From Phoronis australis (taxonomy: Eukaryota; Animalia; Phoronida), in assembly GCA_002633005.1 (NCBI GenBank), contig NMRA01000356.1, positions 200,167-264,166 of the forward strand: a stretch of 64,000 nucleotides of DNA, in the 5' to 3' direction. Numbering within the stretch: the stretch's first letter is position 1; every line of letters begins with the position of its first letter. Both the position numbers and the translations under genes were made by a program. Below, piece after piece: positions 26,764 to 38,927 of this stretch. The notes below the pieces were generated by a model, which worked only from the letters and a program-made list of their open reading frames with translations, had not been told where the DNA came from and did not search any database.

Positions 26764-28401
26764 TAGACTTGATATCATACATAATCGCATGAGCAAAATT
26801 CTCAAGTACTTTGTATGAGTGAATTATGTAAAAATTTCCTCAATTACAAAATGTCCATTGAATTTCAGATGGTGAAATTGCTATATGTATTTTTAAACTG
26901 AACATGAGCTAATTACATATAACTATGACAAATATTTTTTGTTAGTGTGGTTGACAATGTGAATATAGTTACATAAATGTTTTCCACAAGCTTTTAGAAG
27001 CAGCAGCTGATTTACAAAGTTATTTTTCTAACTTTGCTTATGAGTGATTATTTTAGTGTGTTATTATGCACTTGCATACAACAATTTTGGTGCTGATTGC
27101 TGTCATTTCCATCCATGGACCAGTTCCTTGAGACATCTTTCTAAATTAAAATTGAGTAATTATTCTGTTTTTGTTACATTTGAGAAAGATATAACATATC
27201 GATTTCCAAATTGACTGTTGTTGCACCCTCCAGTGATGATTTGAAATTTTTCTTCACCTTTCCATCTGCCACACCCATGAATGTTGTTCTAAAACAGAAT
27301 GTCGGCCAATTTTTAGTGCTCCCCCTTGTGGCAATTTTACTGGCTTTTGGTCTGCCTCTTTTTCAACTAAGTTCTTGATGTTCCTCCCTGGCAGATGTTG
27401 TCATTACCTTCTGTCAGGACAAGCACCTGCTAATTTTGGAACAAATCTGATGTCTGTTGTGCCTCCTGGTAGTTATTTGGGGACTTTCTTGTTAATGCTT
27501 TCATTTTCCTAACTGAGTAAAAAATATTAATAAAATGTGACTGCTGTAATTTATGAGGCAGAGGACAATGCCTAAGTTTGATTTTTCAATCCATAATTTG
27601 GCTGAAATGTTTCTTTTGGGAAAGAACTGTATAGAAATTAATTGTTTAAAGTTATCTAAGACCTTATCCACAAGTGTGTATTTTTAGCCATATATCTACA
27701 AAACTATAAATTTAAACTCAGTAAAAGTATTTTCTGAAAGTAAGAAAGTTGGTAAAATTTGATTTTTTACCAATCTGCTATTAATTTGGTCAGGTAACCA
27801 TGTCTTTAGTAAATTTAGCAAAAAAAGAAAGGTACATTCACAGCAAAACAAGTATCAATAACGTGACCAAGTTTCATGTGATATAAATTTTCAAGGTGAG
27901 ATATTAAAAATGATGTTAGTTTACTAAATTGTTATCAATTTGTTTTCATTTTATGAAAAATTTGAGTTTTTTTATGGAAGTTATATTTAAGTCCTATTTT
28001 CCTTAGCCCCTCATGCAAACATCAACAAAAAGAATCTGCTGCAGTCTTTTGAAGAATAGTGCAAAAAACATAGCATTTGAAATTTTGGTATGACTCTAAT
28101 CAATCATTTCTGAGATAGGATGTTCAGAAGTTGGCCAAATTTGGACGTTTTTCTAGGGTAGGCTACTTCATAACCATAATTATTCTCAATTTTGATGATC
28201 CCCATTGGTATTTTGTGATTGGTCAGTTGATTTTCGAGAGAAGGGGGTGTCACTGGTGCATGTGAGGAGGCATATCAACGTTTGACATATTACTATATGG
28301 TTTGGAGAAGAGAAGTGATCATATCATTGGAGCACGAAAAACCTGGACTCAAACTGCTAATGTTTCTTTTTTGATTATTTGTACTACACAAAATGACCTG
28401 G

Positions 28402-28407
28402 AATAAA
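28402..28407 (+). terminator. Candidate poly(A) signal of the RTK gene
   Basis: AATAAA followed by a GT/T-rich tract, immediately before the CpG transition; alternative AATAAA at 27529-27534. Confidence 0.5.
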
Positions 28408-30208
28408 ACATTCCTCAAATTTGAACTGGTGCTTTTTAAATTTCAACATACTTGTGAAACATTATCCAGATTTCTTCAATGAATGAATGGTTCCGTAGTT
28501 AGTGTCCTGGTGCTGTGTCCGCAAACCAATACGACATTGAAACGTAACTTCACAGGACCACCACCAGGTGTACTTGAGTCGCCACAATGGTAAGAAGGAC
28601 ATCTGGCATGGCATCGCAGTGGATGTTCTACCTGTAATGAACTGTCCCGTGAGATGTGATTGCTGTCGATTTTGTAGTAAATACATACGAGTTGAAAAAG
28701 ACCCACGGTATGTTAAAACTTTTTGTGTGTTTCTGCAAGTGTAGAAATTAAACTACAGAAGTTCTTTCTGGTGTTTGTGCATTGAAACAATTGGCACTTG
28801 TCCTAAGAATTTGTTAAACACACGCCCATAAAAACACTATTTGTAGTCAATGCAAACGTTAAATCTGTAATTCAAACAGGACGGGCCATCGCTATTTTTG
28901 TAAACCCTTTTGAGATTGCTGGTTTTCAAAATACACGTAAATGATTTTCCATTAAAAATAAAATGCAATTTAGTGGGACTTATTTTCCGCATTCGTCCGT
29001 GTTGGCACCTATGCTCGGCTTGCTGCCTGCCCCCGAAATCTCCAATTTTTCATTTTTATGCACCCATGCTAGGCTTACCGTCCACCTTCACAGGACCGAG
29101 ACTTTTGTAAAGGTGCAGGTGTCTTTGTGCAAGCCGGTGTCATCACAAGTTTATCTCCAAAAAGTATGCAGGGCTGGCTTACCTTTGAGCCCGGAGAGTC
29201 ACTCATATTGACAAGGGTACTACATCAGCGTACCAAAAATTGTGGGTAGGCGATACTTTTCAGCACGTTTTGCGGGGTCCGCGCGGGGTTCGATATGTTC
29301 CTTTAACTTCCACTTCAGCTCCAAAAAAGCCTCACTGGATTCACCTCGTCCTAGCAGAAGGTGCACTGGATTAGCCAGGATCGGCTACCTACCAATAAGT
29401 ATCACTAGTGATTCTCATGTTATTATGACAATTACTCCTATACGGTCGTAAACATTCCGGAAATAACCGAGAACCGAATATTCGGCCAACAGTCAGATCT
29501 ATATAGAAATGGTCGAATTCAATCAAGTTACAGAAACTTACACTTTTTTGCATGGCCTACACATTTCTGTTCTTATTGACGTAACACATCTTCCTTGTGC
29601 AATGGTTAAATTAAATATAGCACACCGAGCAAAGTGGGGTGAATTGTTAATAAACCCTGCAATAGGGGCTGGGGCAGAATAATTTACCCACTAAAGAGGG
29701 TGGGGGTTAGCACACATGGCACCCGCAGGAGGGGGTTTTCAACATTCTTGGGCACGCAGACGCTATATACCTATGTCTGGCAGTGCCCCGCCCCCCTTCC
29801 CCTCCCTCGCCTTTAAGAATGGATTAGTCACTTTCAGCGGAGCCTACTCCGCTATGCGCGATACAATTCATGGTTTATAATGCGCCCATCTTTTATTTGA
29901 CTCTTGCATATAAAATCCGACGACAATATGGCTCCCTAGGCGTTTATTCGACCACTCGTGTGGGTAAGCGCCACCCCTACTTCTCAAAAATTTCGTTTTT
30001 AAGGGCTCATCTATCGCTTAACTATTTTTGAATTTCCAGGCTTGAAAAGAACACACAGTTTCCGTTACTGCTTCAGACCAACCTCGTGTTCTTCATGGCG
30101 GGTTAGATTGAGCAGGGAAAGTATACAATATTCTCAATAATGAGTAGTATTCAGAATAGTATGCAATATTCAGAATAATTCCAGGCGTTTCACTGCTATC
30201 AATTCAGG

Positions 30209-30670
30209 TAAAGGATAAGAACGTATAGTATGGACATTGATTTGGAGGAGTAAACATGCTTGTGAACAAGTTATTTCTGTCACCAAAACATAGTTTATAG
30301 TGGTTATGTTGCCTGACGATTGAAAATGTCCAAATTTGACTAACTTCGAAACGTCGTATCTAAGAAATGACGGATCAGATTCAAATGAAATTTTCAGACA
30401 ACATATTCTATGCACTGTTTTAAAATGTGTCATTTTTGTGCATGAGAAGGTACAAACAATAGGACATTCACGAATTTCACAAAAAATCAACAAAAGATCC
30501 ATAGAACAACTGCGATTGAGATGCAAACATGTGACGTCATGATTCAAATTTCAAGAATTTTTTAATGAGCTATTAATGCATTTTTTGAAATTGCCGATTA
30601 TTTTTGAAAGATAAATTCATCGAAATCATTTTAGAATGGTTTCAAAAATCAGCGCCCTCTATTCTCCTTT
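30209..30670. mobile_element. Probable non-autonomous DNA transposon; decayed inverted relative at ~28075-28160
   Basis: 30323-30395 aligns to the reverse complement of 28080-28155; weak terminal similarity AAAGGATAAG / CTATTCTCCTTT. Confidence 0.45.
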
Positions 30671-31770
30671 ATCGCTTCCAGAACCGAGCGGAGACTAAAG
30701 GACATACACCTGAGCGTTTAAAAACACATTGGTATTTTGTCCGATATCACCTGTAATACTTTTATCAAAAAGTAATCCATTTAGCATCATGGTATCAGTG
30801 ACTATTTTGATAATGACTCAGTTACACAGAAGCAAATTACTCTTGAGTTTCTGTAGACAGTTGAGGTGGACTCAAAATTCAATTCTCGCTTTGAAATATA
30901 AGAGTCCTGCGCACTATTTTACATATGCGAATTTTATCAAAAGTCCAATTTTTTATTCGAGCTTCACAGCTCGAGATGAAGTCACCAACCGCCCAAGACT
31001 ATTGCAATATTTTGAACCAGTCGATTTAAAAGTCGTATAATTGGAAAAATTTTTGCAGGTAAAGGTATCGTTTGTGTGGAAGTCATCTCCTTGCACCTGT
31101 AGCTGGTAATCAATCCTAACACAACCACCTCTTAAGAATGTAAGCCAATTAGTGAATGGAGCCCGCCAGTTTTGTTTTGGTTTGAAGTAACATCAACTAA
31201 ATACCTCCACAAAAACTGTGAGCAAATTATGTAGTTGACTCACGACTAGTGCAGTGCAATTACAGAGGACTATTTATTGTAATAATTATCTTCTGAACTG
31301 AGTTTTGCATGAATATTGCGTTTTTCATATTTGGCAGATGCTTCCGTCAAAATACAGCAAACGAAAACAGAAACTGTATCATAAAAGCTGGTGTATAAGG
31401 CCATGATATTGTAAGCGAAATAATGCATTTGAATTCGTTGCATTTTCGAATACTATTCCATATTGTTTCTTTGGCCAGTCACATTTATTAGTTTCTTTTG
31501 TCACAGTTAAAAAAATGGTTGACTAGGAAACATTCCATGAAAATATTTAGTAACTAATAAAAAATCAATAACGAGTGTTGTGAATTTTTGTTCACTCCAG
31601 AATGCAAACAACTCTGAACATAAGATCATGGCCTTGTATTGGGATATGGTGCCGTTTTCCTTATCATACCTTTCGTGATAAAACATCGTCCATACCTGGG
31701 CTGCGTTCCGTGGACGCAAGACATTCGCGAGTGGTGATCTCGTTTTTCTCTCATCAACGAAACGCAGCAT

Positions 31771-32066
31771 TGCCTCCCGTTCAGTGACACGAGGACCTCG
31801 CTAAAAAGCAAGACTCCGTGAGATTACGTGAGATATTGCCGTGTATTTTAAATGAGAACGCGTGACTTTGGCTAGACTTTAGCTAGGTCCTAGTGTAGGT
31901 CCAGCGTTACTGAACGCACACCTGCCTCCCGTTCAGTAACGCTAGGACCTCGCTAAACAACAAGACTTCGCGAGATTACGTGAGATATTGCCTTGTGTTT
32001 TAAATGAGATCACCTGACTTTGGCTAGATTTTAGCTAGGTCCTAGCGTAGGTCCTAGCGTTAAAAT
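31771..32066. mobile_element. Tandem dimer (152-bp period) of a hairpin MITE
   Basis: Two highly similar direct copies (31771, 31923), each bounded by inverted arms CGTTCAGTAACGCTAGGACCT / AGGTCCTAGCGTTACTGAACG (consensus). Confidence 0.8.
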
Positions 32067-35000
32067 ACACGCCTGGTTTACTCAATAGTTGCGTTAATAC
32101 CCCCTGTCGGGTTGAATCGCTCACATTGCAGATTATGATCTACTGTGAGGTGACGGGGAAAACTTGATGATCAAACTATAATGGGCGTCGAGACCGTTGC
32201 CGATACAAACAGGGGGAAGAAACTGGTAGCAACAGCGGGTGCGATCTGGCATTGATCGGGGCGTTGCGTTTGCATTTGTTCCGCCCACCCGTTAAAAAAT
32301 TGTCCTTGTCATATGAGAAATGGGTACTTCTTCCAAAAATGACCACGTATTATATAAATGATTTGCTTTACCGCTTATGTCAAGGGTTATATTGATGTGC
32401 GTATAGTAGCCTCTATGTTCTGATTGATAAAGTGCGAAGAAGTTGCTTTATGTATGTTGATATTAAACTGTGACAGTTCTTCAGAATGATCCACCTCGAT
32501 CGTCAATGCGAAAAGCGTGTGTTTTAGTAACATCGCATAATGGATTTTGCAGAAGCCCGGAATTCGGATTCAGGCCCTCTACCTAAAACCCCGGCATGAA
32601 TAGAACGTGGAGAGGCCAATCGAGGTTCAGGTTTCATTAGGGTTCATTAGAGGCAGGCAAGACTTCTATTAAACGATTGAAGTACTTCAATATTTTTTCA
32701 GACATCTGCCTGTTGACGAAACGCTTGACATGTTTGATGAAATTGTAAGCTTCGAATACCTCACATGTACTATCGCCACGGTGTAGCTGCTAGTGGGCTT
32801 TCCAGTCAATCATGTCAGGCAGGGTGGTGGGAGACGGCAAATCCACGGTATACATTTGAATTCTAATGTAAGTTATGGTCAGAGTATATTCTGTCGAAAT
32901 ATTTCAAAATGAACTGTTTGATCAACGTTACTATTCGGTAAAAATTTACATCACGCATATAAAAGACACATAGTTATTTGCGGACTGATAATCGTGGTCG
33001 TTGCAGACGGCACAAAGGCTGGATTTAGGCCATCTACGGACATTTGGGCGGTACCCGTTGTTTACGCGGTGAAGGCTTTACGATTTAGGAATGTCGGCAT
33101 CTGAAGTTTGATAGATCAGCTCGTTGTACGAATGTGATAGCAAATTACGCATGCACTGTCTAAATAGCGGTAGCCAGTCCAGTAGCTTATGCAACGGAAT
33201 CTTTGTTATGCGGTCGGAAAGATTTCTTTTAGTATCTTTTAATCTTGACATCCAACAGTCAGTGCAAGCGTTATTTCTGTTGTCTGCTTTCAGTTCTACT
33301 GCGATGAATCGCGGGAAAGGATGAACCAAGTCTGCAAATCTTGAGCGTCATAAAACCGTAACCCACCGTTTGTGGGCTTGAGAGCAGTAACAGACGAGCG
33401 GTTACGTAGCCGTAGCCGGTCAGGACTTACCTTGCCAAGCTATGTGATATTTTATGCATAGATATGTTGTCATGGATACCTTCAATTACATATTTTTGTC
33501 TCGACAGTTTATTCTCAGTGTTTACCGCATACATCATGGAATCGTCTGCTACCTGTAAGACTCACGAGAGACTGTTGTGGTCGTCAGGCGGGCGTCTGAC
33601 ACCAATGTTGAGATGGTCCTACTATTTGGATTGGGTTACCCATGAACTTCTCGTTGAACAGGGGAATCTACGACGACACCAGATATATGAAGAAACATGT
33701 TTTCTATGAATATGTTGTGCACAATTTTCACGTAGGCATTTCTGAACTTTCGGAAGAAAACAAGCCACCATTCAGTGAACGTCACGTTACTAGCATGAAT
33801 ACGTTTCTGGTCCCATGCCACCCATAGATGCCAGTAGCCATTGAAGAGATATTCGAAAAATAGTTCGGAGCACCTAAGTAAACGATGTTATGGTCATTAT
33901 ATTATATGCAAAATTATCAGAATTGTTCCGCCAGTGAATAGCTGCCGAAAGAGAAACGGAGAAGAAATGTTTGCACGTCGCTCTATTTCGTTCAAAGTGT
34001 CAGTTTCACTTCTGTAAAGCAAGAACGGTACCTGTTTTAGCTATATTTTCTATTAGAGTGACGTTTAATTCGACTTTATACCTTACATTGGATAGTTGTT
34101 CACTTTGTGTCTAGACGTTTAGACGGCTGATATCCCTTTGGTCGTGGTACAAACAACGTCACCACCAGCGAGTCTGGCCCGAGGTTGTTCACTAGAGCAC
34201 TTGCGCAAATAAAATATCCAGACCGAGTTCCCTCAACGTGTTGTTTTTAAAACTAATTCTACAACTTTTGATGTTAATTTGTGTCACAGTTTGAGGTCTC
34301 TGTTTGCTATACTTGTGACCGTCTGTTTGACGAATTGAGACGACAGTAGTAATGCGGCGAACGGTTGTTTTAAAACTGTAAGCCGAACACGAACAAACTG
34401 TGAGAACTCGACCATATGTGTAAAAAATAATCTGTCTTCTGAACGTGTATAATCCACACGCATTTCGTAAGCAATTCAGCGAATAGAAATCCTTGAAACT
34501 ATCGCCTGGTCTGAGTGGTTGACACGCTCTAGTGTGATCACTACACTTCAGTTACAGAACAAATGCGGAAGTTGAGAAGGAATAGGCCTACAGAACGTGC
34601 CCTTTTCGGGCGATCTATGGTTGACACCATCTGGACTCCATGTTGGCTTCTTTTATCAAGTCACTGTAGAGAGCCACGCCAAGGAAGATTTAGCGTGTAA
34701 AATCCTGTGGTAAAAGCATTAACAAACGTCCTTTAAACATGGCAGTTTGGCTTGAATCAACTGATGCGCTGCCAGTCTCGGCTATTCTGAGAGTACTGAA
34801 CGGGAATCGAAAATTATCAACGTTTTATTAAAAAAAGTTCGATTAACAGTTGAAGATAAAATTGGAAATGAAAAAATAAAAATGCAATGTGACTGTGACG
34901 CAAACCATCTGACGTGATATGATGTGAAATTCTGCACCGAAAACAAGTTTGCTAACTATTTAGAAGTCCCGTGGACTGGTTGGTATTCACAAATTGTTGG

Positions 35001-36284
35001 TGTGTGGCATGACTCGTCTGGAGGGCCGAAACGTTGGCCTAACTTGGCTCTGGCCTCAGGCTCTTTAACATTACACAGCCGTTCAGGTAATGGCACTAAT
35101 CCAGCGCATTAAACAGAACACAACTAGCAATAAAGCGATCGTGTAGAGTGAGTTGGAACAAATAGACAAATGGATAGCTATCTCTGAGGCGAAACATGGC
35201 AACAAACTCTTCTTAGAGTTTCGCCACGTTCAGTGTCAGATGGCAGATGATCGGAGATAGCATTTAAAATGAACTGCGACTCTTTGGAAAATGAATACAA
35301 AGGAAATGACATGCACATTGGCCTAAATGCACGAGGTTCTCGAGGGGAGCAGAAAGACAACACTCGCTTTTTCTCCGGGCTTTATCAAAATAATTTTTGT
35401 CCTCTCTCATTATTTATTAGAAAACAATAAGAATATACAAGAAGTTCATGTATCATCCACTGTTGAAACCGATATTAGACTTCGTTCATCTGTATCCAGT
35501 TTTTTAAATGAGGCTAATTTAGGTTCGGCTAAATAAATGTTTATATAAACGGAGCATTCGTAAGAGGCTAGCTGATTTATTAGGGTGAACATTACCGGTT
35601 GGTTTCCGACGCAGCTGGCCCGCTAAAAATCAAACGACCAAAGAAATATCCTCGGTTGTGACGTCATAGTTTTAGAAAGAAACAAGCTGGATCTTTGAGG
35701 CGAGAAATTAATTGAAAATACCTTGGAAATAGTTTTCTGGTGTATACGTATTTAAAAACAGGTGCTCCCTGCTGCCATCATTAACTCACAGCCATCCGTA
35801 ACACGTCAACTTGAGTGTATCGAATGGCAAATTTATTCCCTTCTTGTTTGCCACCCCATGGAAGACCTGAGAACGCAGTTCAACGGTGGTATGCTACCCT
35901 CGAACATTTGCACGGGCGCGGCGGCTTCCGGTTATAAATATATGACAAAAATAATTTGAAGTCCAAGTTTAAATTGAATTGATTCAAATCAATCGAAATT
36001 TTGCCTCCTGCGACAAAAGCAAAGGCTCGTTTGAGAGAATTTCAAATTTGTGCAACACACGTGTTTCTTATTTTTGAGACGACACGATAATTTACCCTTC
36101 AGTTTATTTATTTCGTCACATGTGGCAAAGCAATAGATTTTAACTTAAAAGCGCGATTAGGAAATGCAAAGCAACGTTATGTCAACAGGTAAGCAGAGGG
36201 TGGAAATATGCAAAATATGTACCTGCTGTTTTCTGGCACTTGAAAGAAATATGGAAAAGTACCAGATAGTCTTGCAATTTAGAT

Positions 36285-37235
36285 TTATTTTAAATAAAGA
36301 ACATCTCACTTAGGTGGAATGAGAAAAACACACAATGTCAGTATTTCTGAGTGACATACTAAACGAAATAGTGGTAATCGCGTTATCCTGCGACTTAATT
36401 GCAATTGTATGGCTTCTGTCTGATAAAATAGTTAAGAGTTAGTTAAAAAAAACGTGCGTTTCCTAGAGGAAAATCAAAAATACAGATGTTGGTAAAATTC
36501 TTTATATTACAATATTTATATTAAGATTTAGCAATCAGCATAATTTACAAATATTCTAAAACTTTCGTTACACTTTTATAATAATATTATTAATAATATT
36601 AATAATAAAATATATAAATACAATGTATTTACAAAATCAAGTTTAACTTGGTGGATAACAATTTCACCGTAGAAAAATGGCTGTGCTTTCAGTGATCTCC
36701 CTAATCATATATTATAATAACGAGATTTTTACAGACAAGAGGGACATTTGGCTTATACACTTGCGCTGCTAAATTATAACTTTCTGGCATGTTCAAGATG
36801 ATCTTTCAGCCACACACGTCGGCTTATTCTCGCCAATAGCTACAACTATTCATACGCGTAAATTGGACTAGACATCGTGTCCAAAATAGTTCGAGTACCC
36901 GACTCGCTCATGCATGAGCCTATTGCACGCCTGTTGTTTAGGTCAGAGACAAAATAAAGAGAACCGTTGGACAGCGGTCAACGTTCCTCACACTGGACAG
37001 TCACCTAACACAGCATGCTGGAATGCTGGCTGTCGATTGACTCTAGGTAATTTCTCGTCAGTGTAAGATTTACCTCCTTGAAATTCAGCGACTAGATTAA
37101 TAAAATCAAGCTTTATAGACTAGTGGGCGACTAGAACTTTAAGATTGACCCTTCGACAATCACGTCCTTGTATCGTGACTAGATTTTTATTGCACATGGA
37201 ACTTCCCTATTCTATCCCGAACCAATCGTTCAGGG
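36285..37235 (-). other. bmp2/4: BMP2/4 3' UTR, AU-rich distal part
   Basis: Follows the stop codon; very AT-rich at 36500-36640; AATAAA on - strand at 36290-36285, with variant signals near 36500-36520; Pumilio element TGTAAATA at 36633-36626. The 3' end is uncertain. Confidence 0.6.
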
Positions 37236-38026
37236 CTACCGGCAGCCGCAACCTTGTACCACCATATCCTGGTATTGTTTCAGAACGACTTTTCGGTCTT
37301 CGTCTAAATACAACATGGATATTGGACTCAAGTCAGTGGGCACGCAGCAAGCCTTGGGCACGGCTGACGGGTTGACAGAGTTCAATAATGTTTGCACTAT
37401 GGCATGATTAGTGGAATTGAGATGGTCTGCCAACGGGAACGGACAGTCCCCAGAACAGTAATAGGCATCATAGCCCTGTGGCGCAACGATCCAGTCATTC
37501 CAACCCACGTCGGCAAAGTCGACATGCAATGGGCGTCTACGGCATTGGTCCTTATGGTGTTTGCGTCTATTAGCAGTTTTCCTTCGATAACTTCTCTTAG
37601 TCCTTGGAGCGCGACCATCGTCGCTATACGCGACTAAAATTGGTTTGACACTAAATTCCGAGGAACGTTTTAAACGTAAGTGTTCCCGCGTTGTCTCGTG
37701 CACGTGAGTCCCATTGAGGCTTGTCATTTGAATGTGCACACCATAACTCTTGTGCGGACTTTTCCGCCATTTTTGAACTGCTGGATAAATGTCGAATGAT
37801 TGCCAGTCAGACTTGCGAACATTAACAACTCGCGTATCAAGAAGTCTTGTAATAGCTTCTCTCGTCCGACTAGCTGGTCGGACTATTTCGTGCACTTCAA
37901 GTCTGTATTTTTTCTGACCATTAGTGACTGGTAGTTGTTGTCTGCTTATCCGCAGCTCCGCTGCGGTGATTGTCTCGTGGTCCGGTATTGAAGATACATT
38001 AAACTGTAGAATTGTTTCGGGAAGAT
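37236..38026 (-). CDS. bmp2/4: BMP2/4 (Dpp) last coding exon: C-terminal prodomain, furin sites and mature TGF-beta domain
   Basis: Seven-cysteine mature domain [25 protein letters not shown]...[20 protein letters not shown]...[16 protein letters not shown]...CGCR; strong acceptor ttaacttcattttcag|AT, in phase with the upstream phase-1 donor. Confidence 0.97.
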
Positions 38027-38175
38027 CTGAAAATGAAGTTAATGTAAAATTAACATGTTTGAATTTTTTTAATGAAAATGTGAACGCAAAACTCTCATCA
38101 TCATCATCTAAAACCACCCGTTCCCTATTAGAGATGGTTGCACAATCAAATGCAGTTATTCCGAGCTTGATAGTT

Positions 38176-38226
38176 TGTGTATGTGTGCGTGCGTGCGTGC
38201 GTGCGTGCGTGTGTGTGTATGTGTGT
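38176..38226. repeat. (TG)n/(CGTG)n microsatellite in the BMP2/4 intron
   Basis: tgtgtgcgtgcgtgcgtgcgtgcgtgcgtgtgtgtg. Confidence 0.95.
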
Positions 38227-38587
38227 ACAGCTGAATACGTCGTCAGGATACTAAATCTGAGTGTGGGAGGATGAAGCTATTTACACGGCGAGAAAAATTA
38301 CAAACCAATCAAAGACACAATTGCGAATGCTGCATTTCAATTTTAATAGGTGCGAAATTGGCAAGATATGCCTAACGTTCGCTTGGTTGATACCTTGGGT
38401 AAAAACTAAATGGTTTATAAAGTGCAGTAAGACAGAAAATAACGAATAGGGACAGCAATATGCACTTACATGAGCGCTAAAATTAAAAAAAAATTGGTTA
38501 TCTTTTTGGGCATTTAAATTAGTTGTGTTGTAGGCCTATTTATGACCAAGCGCTTGTTACCAATCTTCATCCGATAAAATCACTTAC

Positions 38588-38927
38588 CTAATGTAGGTTC
38601 TGAATGGAAACTGCGTACTGTATTGGCACTGGACGTCGCATATTTTTTCACTTTAAAATCGATATTATCCGGATCGTCAAGTTGTGCTTTGTATAAGTCC
38701 AACATATATTGTGGTATTGTTACTTTTCCACGCGGTTGTGGTCGACTTTTTAAACCAAACATTTTCAGCAAACTGGTTTCTAGGGCTTTCACAGTATCGT
38801 CCCCAGTTTCTTTACTATGCTTTCGGAGACTGTCTCTACTCTGTTTCGGCAACAGTGTTTGTGATATGGCAGACGACAGAACGCTAAATAACAGCAGAAC
38901 AGCTCTCATGAAACTAGCGACATTCAT
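38588..38927 (-). CDS. bmp2/4: BMP2/4 first coding exon: signal peptide and N-terminal prodomain
   Basis: GCCATG start, hydrophobic signal, motifs LLKMFGLKSRP, IPQYMLDLY and ANTVRSFH; donor AG|gtaagt at 38588/38587; acceptor tttctttgcag| at 38938/38937, 10 nt before ATG. Confidence 0.96.
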
